A stretch of DNA of 64,000 nt from Escherichia phage ECO319P1. The stretch lies in the sequence record OP172790; one strand, given 5' to 3'. The notes beneath the pieces are model-generated. The model saw only the letters and a program-made list of their open reading frames with translations, did no database searches and had not been told where the DNA came from. The translations under genes and the position numbers were made by a program. Position 1 is the stretch's first letter, and every line of letters begins with the position of its first letter. Below are positions 9,127 through 18,565 of this stretch, piece by piece.

Positions 9127-10053
9127 ATGGAACATATCGCACTGTTCGGTGTGCTCGCTGTTGTACTCGTTCTGAGTATCGGCATTGACTTCTTTGGTCA
9201 CAAAGATGGTCACGAAATGTCGTTCAAAGAGAGTGCCATGTGGTCTCTGTTCTGGATTGCAATGGGCATTGGTGTTGGCGGCTTCATCTGGTTTGACTAC
9301 GGTGACGTTGCCGCTAGTGAGTACTTCGCTGGCTACGCAATGGAAAAGGCTCTGTCAATCGACAACCTGATGGTGTTCATGGCAATCTTTACGTTCTTCG
9401 GAATTAAAGATAGCGCTCGTGAGCATAAGATTCTGTTGTGGGGTATCGCTGGTGCATTGGTATTCCGTGGCATCTTTGTTGCTGCTGGTTCTGCCTTGTT
9501 CCATCTGTGGTGGCCTATTCAGGTATTCTTCGGTCTGGTCGTAATCTGGTCGGCTCGTGGCATCCTTGGTGGTGGAGATGATGATGAAGAAGTGGACTTT
9601 AGCCAGAAATGGTTTGTACGTGCAATCAAGAAGTTCTATCCTGTTAGCACTGACAATACAACTTCTAAGTTTTTCACTCGCATCGGCGGTCGTCGCGCTG
9701 TTACTGTTATGTTCCTGTGCTTGGTCACTATTGAACTGTGTGACGTCATGTTCTCGTTCGATAGCGTACCGGCTGTTATCGGCGTAACCAAAGAGCCTGC
9801 ACTTATCTACGCAGCCATGATTATGGCAGTGCTGGGTTTACGTGCTCTGTTCTTCGTGTTAGGTTCACTGATGAAGCACCTGACCCGTCTCGACTTCTTT
9901 GTTGCGATTGTTCTGGTGTTTGTTGGTGTCAAACTTATCGCGGCTCCGTTCGGCTATGAGATGGACGCTATTAGTAGTCTGTGTGTAGTCCTCGGATTGC
10001 TGGGCGCTGGTGTGGTAACATCTCTGGCTTTCCCAAAGCGTGAAAGTTACTAA
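9127..10053 (+). CDS. terC: TerC-family integral membrane protein
   Basis: multi-TM with EKALSIDNLMVFMAIF signature; contains 12-mer copy 4. Confidence 0.7.
   Translation: MEHIALFGVLAVVLVLSIGIDFFGHKDGHEMSFKESAMWSLFWIAMGIGVGGFIWFDYGDVAASEYFAGYAMEKALSIDNLMVFMAIFTFFGIKDSAREHKILLWGIAGALVFRGIFVAAGSALFHLWWPIQVFFGLVVIWSARGILGGGDDDEEVDFSQKWFVRAIKKFYPVSTDNTTSKFFTRIGGRRAVTVMFLCLVTIELCDVMFSFDSVPAVIGVTKEPALIYAAMIMAVLGLRALFFVLGSLMKHLTRLDFFVAIVLVFVGVKLIAAPFGYEMDAISSLCVVLGLLGAGVVTSLAFPKRESY
9296..9307 (+). repeat. copy 4 of 12-mer ACTACGGTGACG
   Basis: exact match, read as D-Y-G-D. Confidence 0.9.
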
Positions 10054-10110
10054 GTAATATCTTCGGAGTCGCTCAATGAGCGGCTTCTATAGGTGTTTCT
10101 TGGAGGTCAT

Positions 10111-10317
10111 ATGAAATATATGTTATTGATTCTTATAGCTTTTAATTGTTATGGGTATCAAACTGACGAAACTGATATGCTGTTCAGTGCTGAGGATTAT
10201 GCACAAGAGCGTCATGTTCAGCGAGTTAAGCCTCACAAAGAAGACAAGAAAGTTATTGTTGTAACTCAAGAGGAACTCGACCGAGTCCTCAAATCAACCA
10301 AAGAAGGAAGTAAATAA
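10111..10317 (+). CDS. small secreted or membrane protein
   Basis: start at ATG 10111 after GGAGGT RBS; N-terminal hydrophobic segment. Confidence 0.45.
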   Translation: MKYMLLILIAFNCYGYQTDETDMLFSAEDYAQERHVQRVKPHKEDKKVIVVTQEELDRVLKSTKEGSK

Positions 10318-10892
10318 TGGCTGTTGTTCTCCGTAAAAACGCATCCCTGAACCTGTCCAAATCTGTAGCGGCTCTGACCACTTACCGTTTCGGCCTGTCT
10401 TGGGACGAAAGCGCTGACCTCGATGCTGTTGCAATGGTTGTTGATGAAAACGGTAAGCTGTTCCCGCCTGTTGAAAACAACATGGCATACTACGGCAACT
10501 GCACCGCTAACAAATTCGGCAATGCTGAAAACCCTGTTCCAGGTCTGACTCACTCCGGTGATGCTCGTGACGGCTCTGCTGCTGGCGACGACGAAACCAT
10601 CGTTATCGACACCACTAAGCTTCAGAAAGACCGCATCATCATTGCTGTAACCTCTTACAGTGAAAATGGCCCGGTTCCGTTCGCTGCTTCCGTTAATCCG
10701 GTTGCTAAACTGTACGACGACAAAGGCAATGTACTGGTCGAAGTTAAGCTGGACGAAAACGTTGCATTCAGCACCGCTGTTGAGTTCGTAGAGATTGCGA
10801 AAGTTAATGGCGACTGGACTGTAACCAACCTGACCAACCCGGCTGGTAACTCCGAAAACGGCCTGACCGACCTGCTGGCTGCACGTAGCTAA
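10317..10892 (+). CDS. terD: TerD-family protein
   Basis: GLSWDESADLDA and HSGDARDG...GDDE motifs align with E. coli TerD as recalled; length 191 aa. Confidence 0.75.
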   Translation: MAVVLRKNASLNLSKSVAALTTYRFGLSWDESADLDAVAMVVDENGKLFPPVENNMAYYGNCTANKFGNAENPVPGLTHSGDARDGSAAGDDETIVIDTTKLQKDRIIIAVTSYSENGPVPFAASVNPVAKLYDDKGNVLVEVKLDENVAFSTAVEFVEIAKVNGDWTVTNLTNPAGNSENGLTDLLAARS

Positions 10893-11154
10893 TGTGGGGC
10901 AGCGGTCGCAGGGCTAACAGCATGTCCAAAGGGCGTGTTGGGCATACTTCGATTCGCAGACCCTCAACTGGTACTGAAACCCCGTTCGGACAACTCCGGG
11001 CGGGTGACTTCTTTACCCACAACGGGCGTCTGTTCTTAAAGACCAACCTGATTGATGCTGTTGAAGTCCCTGACGGGTCTGACGCAATGATAGGGACTAA
11101 TCAGTTCTCTGAAGAGTTCTTAGTTCAGGTTGAAAATGTGGTAATCCACATCCA

Positions 11155-11180
11155 ATAATTATTGCACATTATTATAAGGA
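11155..11180 (+). promoter_or_regulatory. phage promoter element (TAATTATTGCACATTATTATAAGGAG)
   Basis: one of five copies of the conserved element; directly upstream of a gene. Confidence 0.5.
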
Positions 11181-11187
11181 GTATCTC

Positions 11188-11283
11188 ATGCAACTTCCTA
11201 CTGGATTCATAGTGCTCCTTGTTATCTTGTATACACTGAATGCACTGCAACAAGAAGGATATCTTTCATGGCTCTCATTCTGA
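11188..11283 (+). CDS. small hydrophobic leader peptide (31 aa)
   Basis: strong AAGGAG RBS straight after the promoter element; overlaps the start of the following TerD-family gene. Confidence 0.3.
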   Translation: MQLPTGFIVLLVILYTLNALQQEGYLSWLSF

Positions 11284-11927
11284 AGAAGAACCAATCCACT
11301 GACCTCGTATCTGATAAAGGTACTCCGGTTCTGAACCTCACTGTTGGTGCTAATTGGGGTATGATTAGCAAAACTGGTGATAGCAAAGCGGCTGGCTTCT
11401 TCAACCGTATGGCATCTGCTCTGGGTGCTGGAGATACAGTGAAAACCGCTGTTGACCTTGACCTGTCAATGGTCTTCGCTAACGCCAAAGGCGAACTGGT
11501 AGACATGTGCTACTACGGCAATAAGCGTCTGTTCAGTGGTGCAGTTCTGCACTCTGGTGACGACCTCGTTGGTGACGACGAGCAGAACGAAGATGATAAC
11601 GAACTGATTAAGTTCGAAGGCATGAAGGTTCCGTTCGATGTTACCACTGTGTACGTTGTACTGAACTCCTTCCGCCATCAGATGTTCGATGAAATCCCAT
11701 ACATCGGCATCTCTTTCTACGAAGGTCTGGTGAACAAGGGCTCCAAAGGTCTGCGATTCGCTGAGGCTCGTGTTGAGAAAGAGAAAGAAGCTGCTGGCAA
11801 AGAGTGCTGCATCCTCGCTAAGATTGTCCGTACTGGCAAAGGCTGGAACGTGACTCCGCTGTTCGACTACACCTCGGACACCAATCTGCGCGACCTTGCT
11901 CGCACTGCAATTCGTAAGCACGGCTAA
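11268..11927 (+). CDS. TerD-family paralog
   Basis: VDLDLS and HSGDDLVGDDE motifs. Confidence 0.65.
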   Translation: MALILKKNQSTDLVSDKGTPVLNLTVGANWGMISKTGDSKAAGFFNRMASALGAGDTVKTAVDLDLSMVFANAKGELVDMCYYGNKRLFSGAVLHSGDDLVGDDEQNEDDNELIKFEGMKVPFDVTTVYVVLNSFRHQMFDEIPYIGISFYEGLVNKGSKGLRFAEARVEKEKEAAGKECCILAKIVRTGKGWNVTPLFDYTSDTNLRDLARTAIRKHG

Positions 11928-11986
11928 TCGTGCCAAGCCCACTTTAGGATAGAGGTGGGCAACAACTATAAGGAGAGTAATCCCCG

Positions 11987-12412
11987 ATGAGTTGGTTTAT
12001 GTGCTGGTTAGCACTAACTCTTAACATTTACACGGAGGCAGGTGGAGAGGGTGAGCAAGGTATGAGGATGATTGCTGATGTAGCGGTCACTCGTACTACG
12101 CACAAAGATTACCCAGATAACATTAGCAAAGTTATTCTTCAACCGGGTCAATTTTCTTGGACTTATAACTTAAAGTCGAGGTCTGAGAAAGGATTAGTTG
12201 CTTATAATAAGCGTCTCTTAAAGTCTAAGAGAATGACTAATCCAAAAGAAAGAGAAGCATATGCCATAGCGATGAAAGTCGCGTACAGAGCTTTACAGCC
12301 GGGGTATAAACCCAAGTACAGGTATACTCACTTCTACAGTGGGACAGACAAGCCCAAGTGGGCTAAAAACAAACGTGCCGTCAAACACGGCAACCATTAC
12401 TTTATCAAATAA
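11987..12412 (+). CDS. SleB-like cell wall hydrolase
   Basis: NIYTEAGGEGEQG...VAVTRTTH...QPGQFSW pattern of the Hydrolase_2 family; no signal peptide. Confidence 0.55.
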   Translation: MSWFMCWLALTLNIYTEAGGEGEQGMRMIADVAVTRTTHKDYPDNISKVILQPGQFSWTYNLKSRSEKGLVAYNKRLLKSKRMTNPKEREAYAIAMKVAYRALQPGYKPKYRYTHFYSGTDKPKWAKNKRAVKHGNHYFIK

Positions 12413-12421
12413 GGATTCACA

Positions 12422-12634
12422 ATGTTCTCCTCCAACAAACCAACCTTCTCCTCGGCAATGAAGATGTTCACCAAAGCTCAGGAAGAACTGAAAGCTGCTG
12501 GTGAAGTGAATGCTGCCGAACTGGCAGAAGCCGAAGCCGCTGTAGCTGCTGCGAAAGAAGAACGTGATAACATCAATCGCGTTACCTCTTTCTTCGACAA
12601 CCTGCTGGGTAAAGGCCCGGAGTTGACTAAGTAA
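12422..12634 (+). CDS. hypothetical Ala-rich small protein
   Basis: 70 aa ORF. Confidence 0.4.
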   Translation: MFSSNKPTFSSAMKMFTKAQEELKAAGEVNAAELAEAEAAVAAAKEERDNINRVTSFFDNLLGKGPELTK

Positions 12635-13182
12635 TGCGTAAAGTTGCAATCATTGGAGCCTGTATCGGCTCCTTGTTCCTTCTGAGTGGTTGTGATGATA
12701 ACACTTCCAAGCTGACCGCTGACCAACAGTTCCAACTGAAACAGATGGAAATGCAGCAAGCTGAGAAGATGCGCAACCAACGTCATGAGTTGGAAATGGC
12801 TCGTGCCATGAATCCTGCTCCTGTTATTCAATCTGAGACTCGCTATGTTGAGTCAGAGCCACAGGTGATTTACCGCGATGTTCCAGCACAACCTGCACCT
12901 CAACCCCATTCTGTCAGCCCTGATAGCTATGGGTACAGTAGCAGCAATAGTGATTCTGGGAGCGGTATTGGCTCACACGTCGCAACGGCAGCCGTAGGTG
13001 CTGCTGCTGGCTATTATGCTGGCAAGTACACCTCAACGCCGAAAGGCCAGCAACAAGTACAGACGATGAAGTCTAAGACTAAATCAATGTACGACACTGG
13101 TAAGAAGAAAGCCTACACAGGCTATCGCTTTACCAAAAGCAAAACAACCTCAGCGTATCGCTCATTCAAGAAACGAAAGTAA
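12634..13182 (+). CDS. lipoprotein with Gly/Ala-zipper segment
   Basis: lipobox LLSGC; Pro-rich linker; basic C-terminus. Confidence 0.5.
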   Translation: MRKVAIIGACIGSLFLLSGCDDNTSKLTADQQFQLKQMEMQQAEKMRNQRHELEMARAMNPAPVIQSETRYVESEPQVIYRDVPAQPAPQPHSVSPDSYGYSSSNSDSGSGIGSHVATAAVGAAAGYYAGKYTSTPKGQQQVQTMKSKTKSMYDTGKKKAYTGYRFTKSKTTSAYRSFKKRK

Positions 13183-13194
13183 CGGAGATTCAAC

Positions 13195-13563
13195 ATGAAC
13201 CTGATTGAAGTACTGAAAGACCAACTGGATAAAGAAGGCGCGATTCTGGACAACGCAAAGCGTGACGATAAAAACGTTCGTGCTGCGATTCAAGTCTCGA
13301 AAGAGATTCGTAAAGTGCTGGCTGAAAACATTCGCGGCATCAAAGCGCAGATTAAAGAGTCTGACCGTGCATCGAATGGTGCTAAGTCAAGCCTGCTGCG
13401 TCGCTCTCTGGCGTTCTTCCGTGAACAGTACAACGACCTGTTCGAAGAAATCTACATGCTTCGTGCTCAGAAGGGCATGATTACTTCCTATCTGAAAACT
13501 CAGACGGAACTGGTTGTGTCGCTGGATGCCGAATGGGAGAAAGCGAAACGTGAAGCTCAGTAA
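13195..13563 (+). CDS. hypothetical coiled-coil protein
   Basis: 122 aa charged helical ORF. Confidence 0.45.
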   Translation: MNLIEVLKDQLDKEGAILDNAKRDDKNVRAAIQVSKEIRKVLAENIRGIKAQIKESDRASNGAKSSLLRRSLAFFREQYNDLFEEIYMLRAQKGMITSYLKTQTELVVSLDAEWEKAKREAQ

Positions 13564-13798
13564 GTTCAACATCTTTAAGTTGTGCTTTGTAGCTGTGTTG
13601 GCGGCCTTAATGGCTGCCTTCTTCTACTTCCGTGGCATCGACTTCAAAGACTGTCTCATGGCGAAGTATGACCTTCAGCGTGAAACAACCTTCCGCATCC
13701 TGACTGGTGCTTGCACTACGAAGGGCAAAGACGGAAGTCTGATTTATGTTAAGCAACTTCGTGGCTTCGGCGATGATGTTGTTGACGACCATCAATAA
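13526..13798 (+). CDS. small membrane protein
   Basis: TM segment LCFVAVLAALMAAFFYF; start uncertain (TTG 13514, ATG 13526 or GTG 13550). Confidence 0.3.
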   Translation: MPNGRKRNVKLSKFNIFKLCFVAVLAALMAAFFYFRGIDFKDCLMAKYDLQRETTFRILTGACTTKGKDGSLIYVKQLRGFGDDVVDDHQ

Positions 13799-13808
13799 GA
13801 GGTGACAA

Positions 13809-14681
13809 ATGGTTTGGGCAGTTATTGAAAACCACAAAGGCCAACGGGAAGATTTCCGTAAGCCGTGCTTTGGTTTCATGTCCTACATTCATCAGTGGTA
13901 CGAAACTGACGAGTGGGACGACGAAGAGGACGATTGGGAATACGAATACCTTGAAGGTTTCGAACCCGCCGAACTCAACCTCATGCACTACTTCCCTGAT
14001 TTCCGCAACCATATGCCGAGTCAGGATTTGCCTGAGTTCCGTGAGAAGTATCTGCCTGTGCTGTTGGAAGCTGTGAAGCTTCTGCCTCAGTATTACTCGA
14101 ACGTTGAGTACACTGCTCCAACTGATAGCACTCAGGAGACGTTTACGTTCGCCCTGCAAGATGCGAACATGCAAACGACAATCATCGGTGCTATGATGCT
14201 GCGTAACATTGCTCAGTATTCTGGTATGCGTCGCGTGTTCCGTCTTTGCGTTGACGCTGGCCTTGACCCTGTAACCTGCTTCGTTATGGGTAACATGTAC
14301 AGCAGCAACTACTGCTCGTTTGGTGCTGATGCTGGTAAGTATCTGGCAAACCCTGTTCACTACGGTGACGAGTCAATCTTCCCAGATGAAACTCGCGCTT
14401 GTGATATCCAGGCGTTCATTGACGGTAAGCTCGGTCACATCTACCAAGGTGTGTGGGGCGATACTGAAAATGGTTATGGTCGTTATGGTGAGTATGACGG
14501 TGATACCGCACCTCGCTTTGAACGTACCGGTAATCGTTCAACCATCACTGACACTCTGCTGTTGGCTGATGATTACGTTGACTCACCATTGCTGATGGAT
14601 ATCGAAATCGGTGTTTGTTCATCGGCTCGCTTCAGTGATGAAGAGTTGATTGTTCTTGCTGGTAAAATTACTGGTAAATAA
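13809..14681 (+). CDS. hypothetical protein with acidic N-terminal tract (part of ligase cluster)
   Basis: 290 aa ORF; contains 12-mer copy 5. Confidence 0.5.
   Translation: MVWAVIENHKGQREDFRKPCFGFMSYIHQWYETDEWDDEEDDWEYEYLEGFEPAELNLMHYFPDFRNHMPSQDLPEFREKYLPVLLEAVKLLPQYYSNVEYTAPTDSTQETFTFALQDANMQTTIIGAMMLRNIAQYSGMRRVFRLCVDAGLDPVTCFVMGNMYSSNYCSFGADAGKYLANPVHYGDESIFPDETRACDIQAFIDGKLGHIYQGVWGDTENGYGRYGEYDGDTAPRFERTGNRSTITDTLLLADDYVDSPLLMDIEIGVCSSARFSDEELIVLAGKITGK
14359..14370 (+). repeat. copy 5 of 12-mer ACTACGGTGACG
   Basis: exact match, read as H-Y-G-D. Confidence 0.9.
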
Positions 14682-14692
14682 AGGATAAAACA

Positions 14693-15637
14693 ATGTCAGT
14701 AAAATTCGACGTAGTTTACAAGGATGGATTCAAATTGAAAATGACCTCAATTTGTTTCGGTGTAATGGAGAAGGGGCGCTGGAATGAAATCAACGGGTAT
14801 CGCAATATGCCCGCTGAGAATCATCAGGATGCAGACCAGCGCTTCATTCAGTTCTACACCAACGCTTACATTCACCCGATGTGGGCGTATGAAGAAGGTA
14901 TTAAGCGCGATTGGCCTCGTGGTGAAGATAACCAAGAAGGTCGAAACAAAGCTTCGAAGAACTTCATCAATGAGATGAAAGAACTTCAGAAAGACATGCC
15001 GTTCCTGCAAGGGCTTGTCACCTTCCATCCATTGTTACACGTTGCCCGTGTGCATATCAAAAATCACACGGTTGACCAGATTATGCTGGCATTGTTTTTG
15101 GTACGTAACATGTGCCATTACAGCAACAACTGTTTCACTTACCGCTGGTTACGTGAGACATACAACATGCGTCCAATGCTGGCGGCAGTAATGTGCCATC
15201 AGTTCTCAATGGACTTAGGCTCGTTCGGGCGTCATTCGTTCTCTCCAGCATGTCTGGGTGAGTACAACTGGATTAACCCCCAGACGTTCGGTAAAGAGTC
15301 GTTGCTTCGTTTCATGACCCATACGAAAGAAACAGAATTCGAATATCGTCAGGGCATGTGGAAGGACAGTAAAGGTTATCGTCGTGACGACCACTTTGCT
15401 CGTAACGATGTTATCTTCGACAGCGAAATCGGCGGCTCGAACAAATACTGGAAGATGGTAGCACCATTCAGTATTCCGGGCGACGAAGCGATTAATGCCA
15501 ATCAATGTAAAGACCGTTATAGCGGTATGGTGATTGGTCGCAGTTGGAACCACGAACTGAGCCAAGGTGAAGTAGAGAACTACATCAGTGGTGTTCTCGA
15601 ACTTCTGGCAGAAAACAATATCCCAGCAACTCTCTAA
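14693..15637 (+). CDS. hypothetical protein (part of ligase cluster)
   Basis: 314 aa ORF with RBS; no recognisable motif. Confidence 0.5.
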   Translation: MSVKFDVVYKDGFKLKMTSICFGVMEKGRWNEINGYRNMPAENHQDADQRFIQFYTNAYIHPMWAYEEGIKRDWPRGEDNQEGRNKASKNFINEMKELQKDMPFLQGLVTFHPLLHVARVHIKNHTVDQIMLALFLVRNMCHYSNNCFTYRWLRETYNMRPMLAAVMCHQFSMDLGSFGRHSFSPACLGEYNWINPQTFGKESLLRFMTHTKETEFEYRQGMWKDSKGYRRDDHFARNDVIFDSEIGGSNKYWKMVAPFSIPGDEAINANQCKDRYSGMVIGRSWNHELSQGEVENYISGVLELLAENNIPATL

Positions 15638-15649
15638 GGTAATAAAGAC

Positions 15650-16447
15650 ATGCGTAAGATTTACTTAGGTTCAGACCCAGAGCTGTTTACTCGTGATGCA
15701 AACGGCCTCGTATCATCTGTAGCTGGTAAGCTCGGTGCTGATAAGTATCACAAACGCCATGTCACGGACGACATTCGCATTCAGGAAGATAACGTGCTGG
15801 TTGAATTTGATATCAACCCGCATGGCACATTTGCAGGGTTCAACGATAACATGATGCGTGGTATCGCTGCCTGTAATGACGCTGCGAAATCTGTCGGTCA
15901 CGAAGTTGACCTGACTATCTGCTCTCACGTTTTCAGCGATGCAGAGCTTCGTACTTTCCACAAAGACGCATTCGTGTTTGGCTGTGAGCCAGACTTCAAT
16001 GCCCTGACTGGTTCTCGTAATGCGAAACCGGCTGCTGCGGATGTAGGTCTGCGTACTGCCGGTGGTCATATTCATATCGGTTATAACGAAGACCGCAACG
16101 TTGACTCTGAATCTCAGAAGATTCTGGGTGTAATGTGTGATTACTTCCTCGGTATGCCAGCTATCCTTCTGGATGGTGACGACCGTCGTAAAGAACTGTA
16201 TGGTAAAGCTGGAGCTTGCCGCTTCAAAACCTACGGTATCGAGTATCGTGTTCTGTCCAACTTCTGGACTCTGGACGATAAGATGCGTCTGTGGGCTTGG
16301 GAACAGGCTCATAAAGCATACGACTTCACTGTTGGTGATGCAATGGTGTTGGCGTCAATTGTTGACCCGGAAGAAATTCAGCGTGTCATTAATAACAATG
16401 ACAAGGCAATGGCTGAACATTACATCAAGCTGCTGGAGATTATGTAA
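15650..16447 (+). CDS. predicted COOH-NH2 ligase (GCS2-like, phage type)
   Basis: N-terminal GSDPELF and central GGHIHIGY resemble the phage COOH-NH2 ligase type 2 family as I recall it; not verified by search. Confidence 0.5.
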   Translation: MRKIYLGSDPELFTRDANGLVSSVAGKLGADKYHKRHVTDDIRIQEDNVLVEFDINPHGTFAGFNDNMMRGIAACNDAAKSVGHEVDLTICSHVFSDAELRTFHKDAFVFGCEPDFNALTGSRNAKPAAADVGLRTAGGHIHIGYNEDRNVDSESQKILGVMCDYFLGMPAILLDGDDRRKELYGKAGACRFKTYGIEYRVLSNFWTLDDKMRLWAWEQAHKAYDFTVGDAMVLASIVDPEEIQRVINNNDKAMAEHYIKLLEIM

Positions 16448-17025
16448 TGGCTTTACACGATGATTTTGCAATGTACTATAATGGTACATATGTTGGTTAT
16501 CGTAAAGATGGGGATGTAGTCCCCTTCTACATCGAAGCGGTTGATACTGACCGCTCAATCTTTGATTACTCAGAAGCGTCTGAGTCAGAGATGTTCGGTG
16601 ACCAAGCGCTGAGTGCGTTGACCTTCTACGGAAGTATCGACGGCAACCGTGCAACGATTAACCACGACGACCCGAATCTGGTTCTTGAAATGCCAGATAG
16701 TAAGTACATCCAGTTCCGTGGACGTTACTATTGGGTTCAATGGCGAGCGAACCGTTCCACTAAGAAGGGAATGGGTCAGCGTCGTCTCTCAGGCATTCCG
16801 CAATTCAACCATGAAGTCGCTCGTGCGATGTTCTCGGAGCGGTCTGCACCAAACGTAATCGCAGGATGCTTGTTACGTCAGAATAATGAACTTCACTACA
16901 AGGGTGTGGTGGTCGGTTCAATCAATGGCAACGAAGTTGTGTTGGTTTCCGAAGCTGCTCACCTGTTACGTTTTGTATCACGGGAGATGCAGGAATGCCA
17001 AGTTTCGGTAGCACAAGCGGGCTAA
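16447..17025 (+). CDS. hypothetical protein (part of ligase cluster)
   Basis: 192 aa ORF; overlaps the next gene by 31 nt. Confidence 0.4.
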   Translation: MALHDDFAMYYNGTYVGYRKDGDVVPFYIEAVDTDRSIFDYSEASESEMFGDQALSALTFYGSIDGNRATINHDDPNLVLEMPDSKYIQFRGRYYWVQWRANRSTKKGMGQRRLSGIPQFNHEVARAMFSERSAPNVIAGCLLRQNNELHYKGVVVGSINGNEVVLVSEAAHLLRFVSREMQECQVSVAQAG

Positions 17026-18506
17026 GTGAGTCGTCATTAGCAACCCTCCGCGAAGCGGGGGTGATTGACTCAGAAGGTAACTGGTTAACTGGTAACATGC
17101 CTTCACCTTTTGGTGGAGGTTTGGTTGGTTATAACACTGCTGATGTTATTCCTGACACACCACCACCAAGACCAGCACGGACAAGACACGATGGGCGACC
17201 ATTGCGTTCAAGTTCGTATGCCGACATGTTCGGTGGTCTTCGTGCTCAGCCGGTTGCTATGGATGAAATGCCTGAGACTTCAGGTGATTATTATATTTCT
17301 GGTAATGTAGAGGCCGATTCAGAAATGCAAACTATTGCGCAAATTGTTGGGCACCGTGCAACTTATCCAACTCTTGAGAAGCATCCGCTGATTGTAGGTA
17401 CAAATTTGGCAGGTGTTGAGATTGAGTTGGAGGGCATCACTGCTCGTGCTCCACGTTTCAACTACTGGACAGCAAAAGGTGATGGCTCTCTCCGTAACCG
17501 TGGGATGGAATTTGTTTGTTCATCTCCGTGGGGTGGTCGTGACCTGTACAATGCAGCCATTGAAATTGATGGTTGGTTGTTCACTGCTCAGCCAGAAGAT
17601 ACTTGGCGTTGTTCTACTCACGTACACATTGATGTTCGTGATATGACTGTGCCGCAGTTGAAGCGAATGATTCTGGCATATGCAGTTTACGAACGTATTC
17701 TGTTCAAATGCTCAGGCTTCCATCGTTACAAGAATAACTTCTGTGTAGCGTTGGGCTTCGCTCAGGAGTTGGTAACAACTCTGTCTAATGCGTGGGCACT
17801 TCCTGATAACCAGTTCATCAGTCGTTTGACTGGAAATTGGGATAAGTATTCCAGCATCAACATGCTTCCGATTCAGCAGTTCGGCTCTGTCGAATTCCGT
17901 ATCAGTGAAGCGAAGTGGCGCAAAGGTCGTCTGATTCGTTTGGTTAACCGCTTCCTGTCTCTGAAAGAGATTGCGATGCAGCCATTCGAGGGTTCAGAGT
18001 CTGAATTCATTCAGATGCTGGTCAATACCCCGATTAGCAAAATCATTCGTAAAGGTCTGCCGAAGGTTCTTCCAGATGCAGAGATGGATATCGAGATTGG
18101 TTATAAACTGGCTCACGATATCATTAGCATGGCGGCCTTGCGTCGCCTGTCTATCCGCCCTCTGGTTCCGAATCTGTCAGATGATTCACGACAGTTTAAC
18201 GTTGAAATCTTCGAGCCGGGTTATGAGCATATTATGACTCGTATCAACCGCTCAGATAATAACGTTGAGTTGCCTCGTGAAGCCCCTGCAACTATCAACT
18301 TTAGTTGGTGGTATGAAGTTGAGAATCTGATGCTTCAGATGGGTCATACCTACGAGCGCAGTTGGTTCACAGCATCAAGCAACAACCGTCAGATTCACTC
18401 ACTGTTCGAAGAGTATTGTCGTGAACGTCGTGCTGAGCGTCGTCGTCAGGATGAAATCGTTGAACGTGAAGATGATGAAGACGATACCTCTCCAGAGTTC
18501 TGGTAA
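16995..18506 (+). CDS. predicted amidoligase (glutamine-synthetase-like)
   Basis: GVEIELEG...RNRGMEFV...STHVHIDV pattern; 503 aa. Confidence 0.6.
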   Translation: MPSFGSTSGLSESSLATLREAGVIDSEGNWLTGNMPSPFGGGLVGYNTADVIPDTPPPRPARTRHDGRPLRSSSYADMFGGLRAQPVAMDEMPETSGDYYISGNVEADSEMQTIAQIVGHRATYPTLEKHPLIVGTNLAGVEIELEGITARAPRFNYWTAKGDGSLRNRGMEFVCSSPWGGRDLYNAAIEIDGWLFTAQPEDTWRCSTHVHIDVRDMTVPQLKRMILAYAVYERILFKCSGFHRYKNNFCVALGFAQELVTTLSNAWALPDNQFISRLTGNWDKYSSINMLPIQQFGSVEFRISEAKWRKGRLIRLVNRFLSLKEIAMQPFEGSESEFIQMLVNTPISKIIRKGLPKVLPDAEMDIEIGYKLAHDIISMAALRRLSIRPLVPNLSDDSRQFNVEIFEPGYEHIMTRINRSDNNVELPREAPATINFSWWYEVENLMLQMGHTYERSWFTASSNNRQIHSLFEEYCRERRAERRRQDEIVEREDDEDDTSPEFW

Positions 18507-18565
18507 GAATAAATGTGGGGTGTAAAAGCCCCAACTTCAATGTAAATAGATGAAAGGATTTTTGT

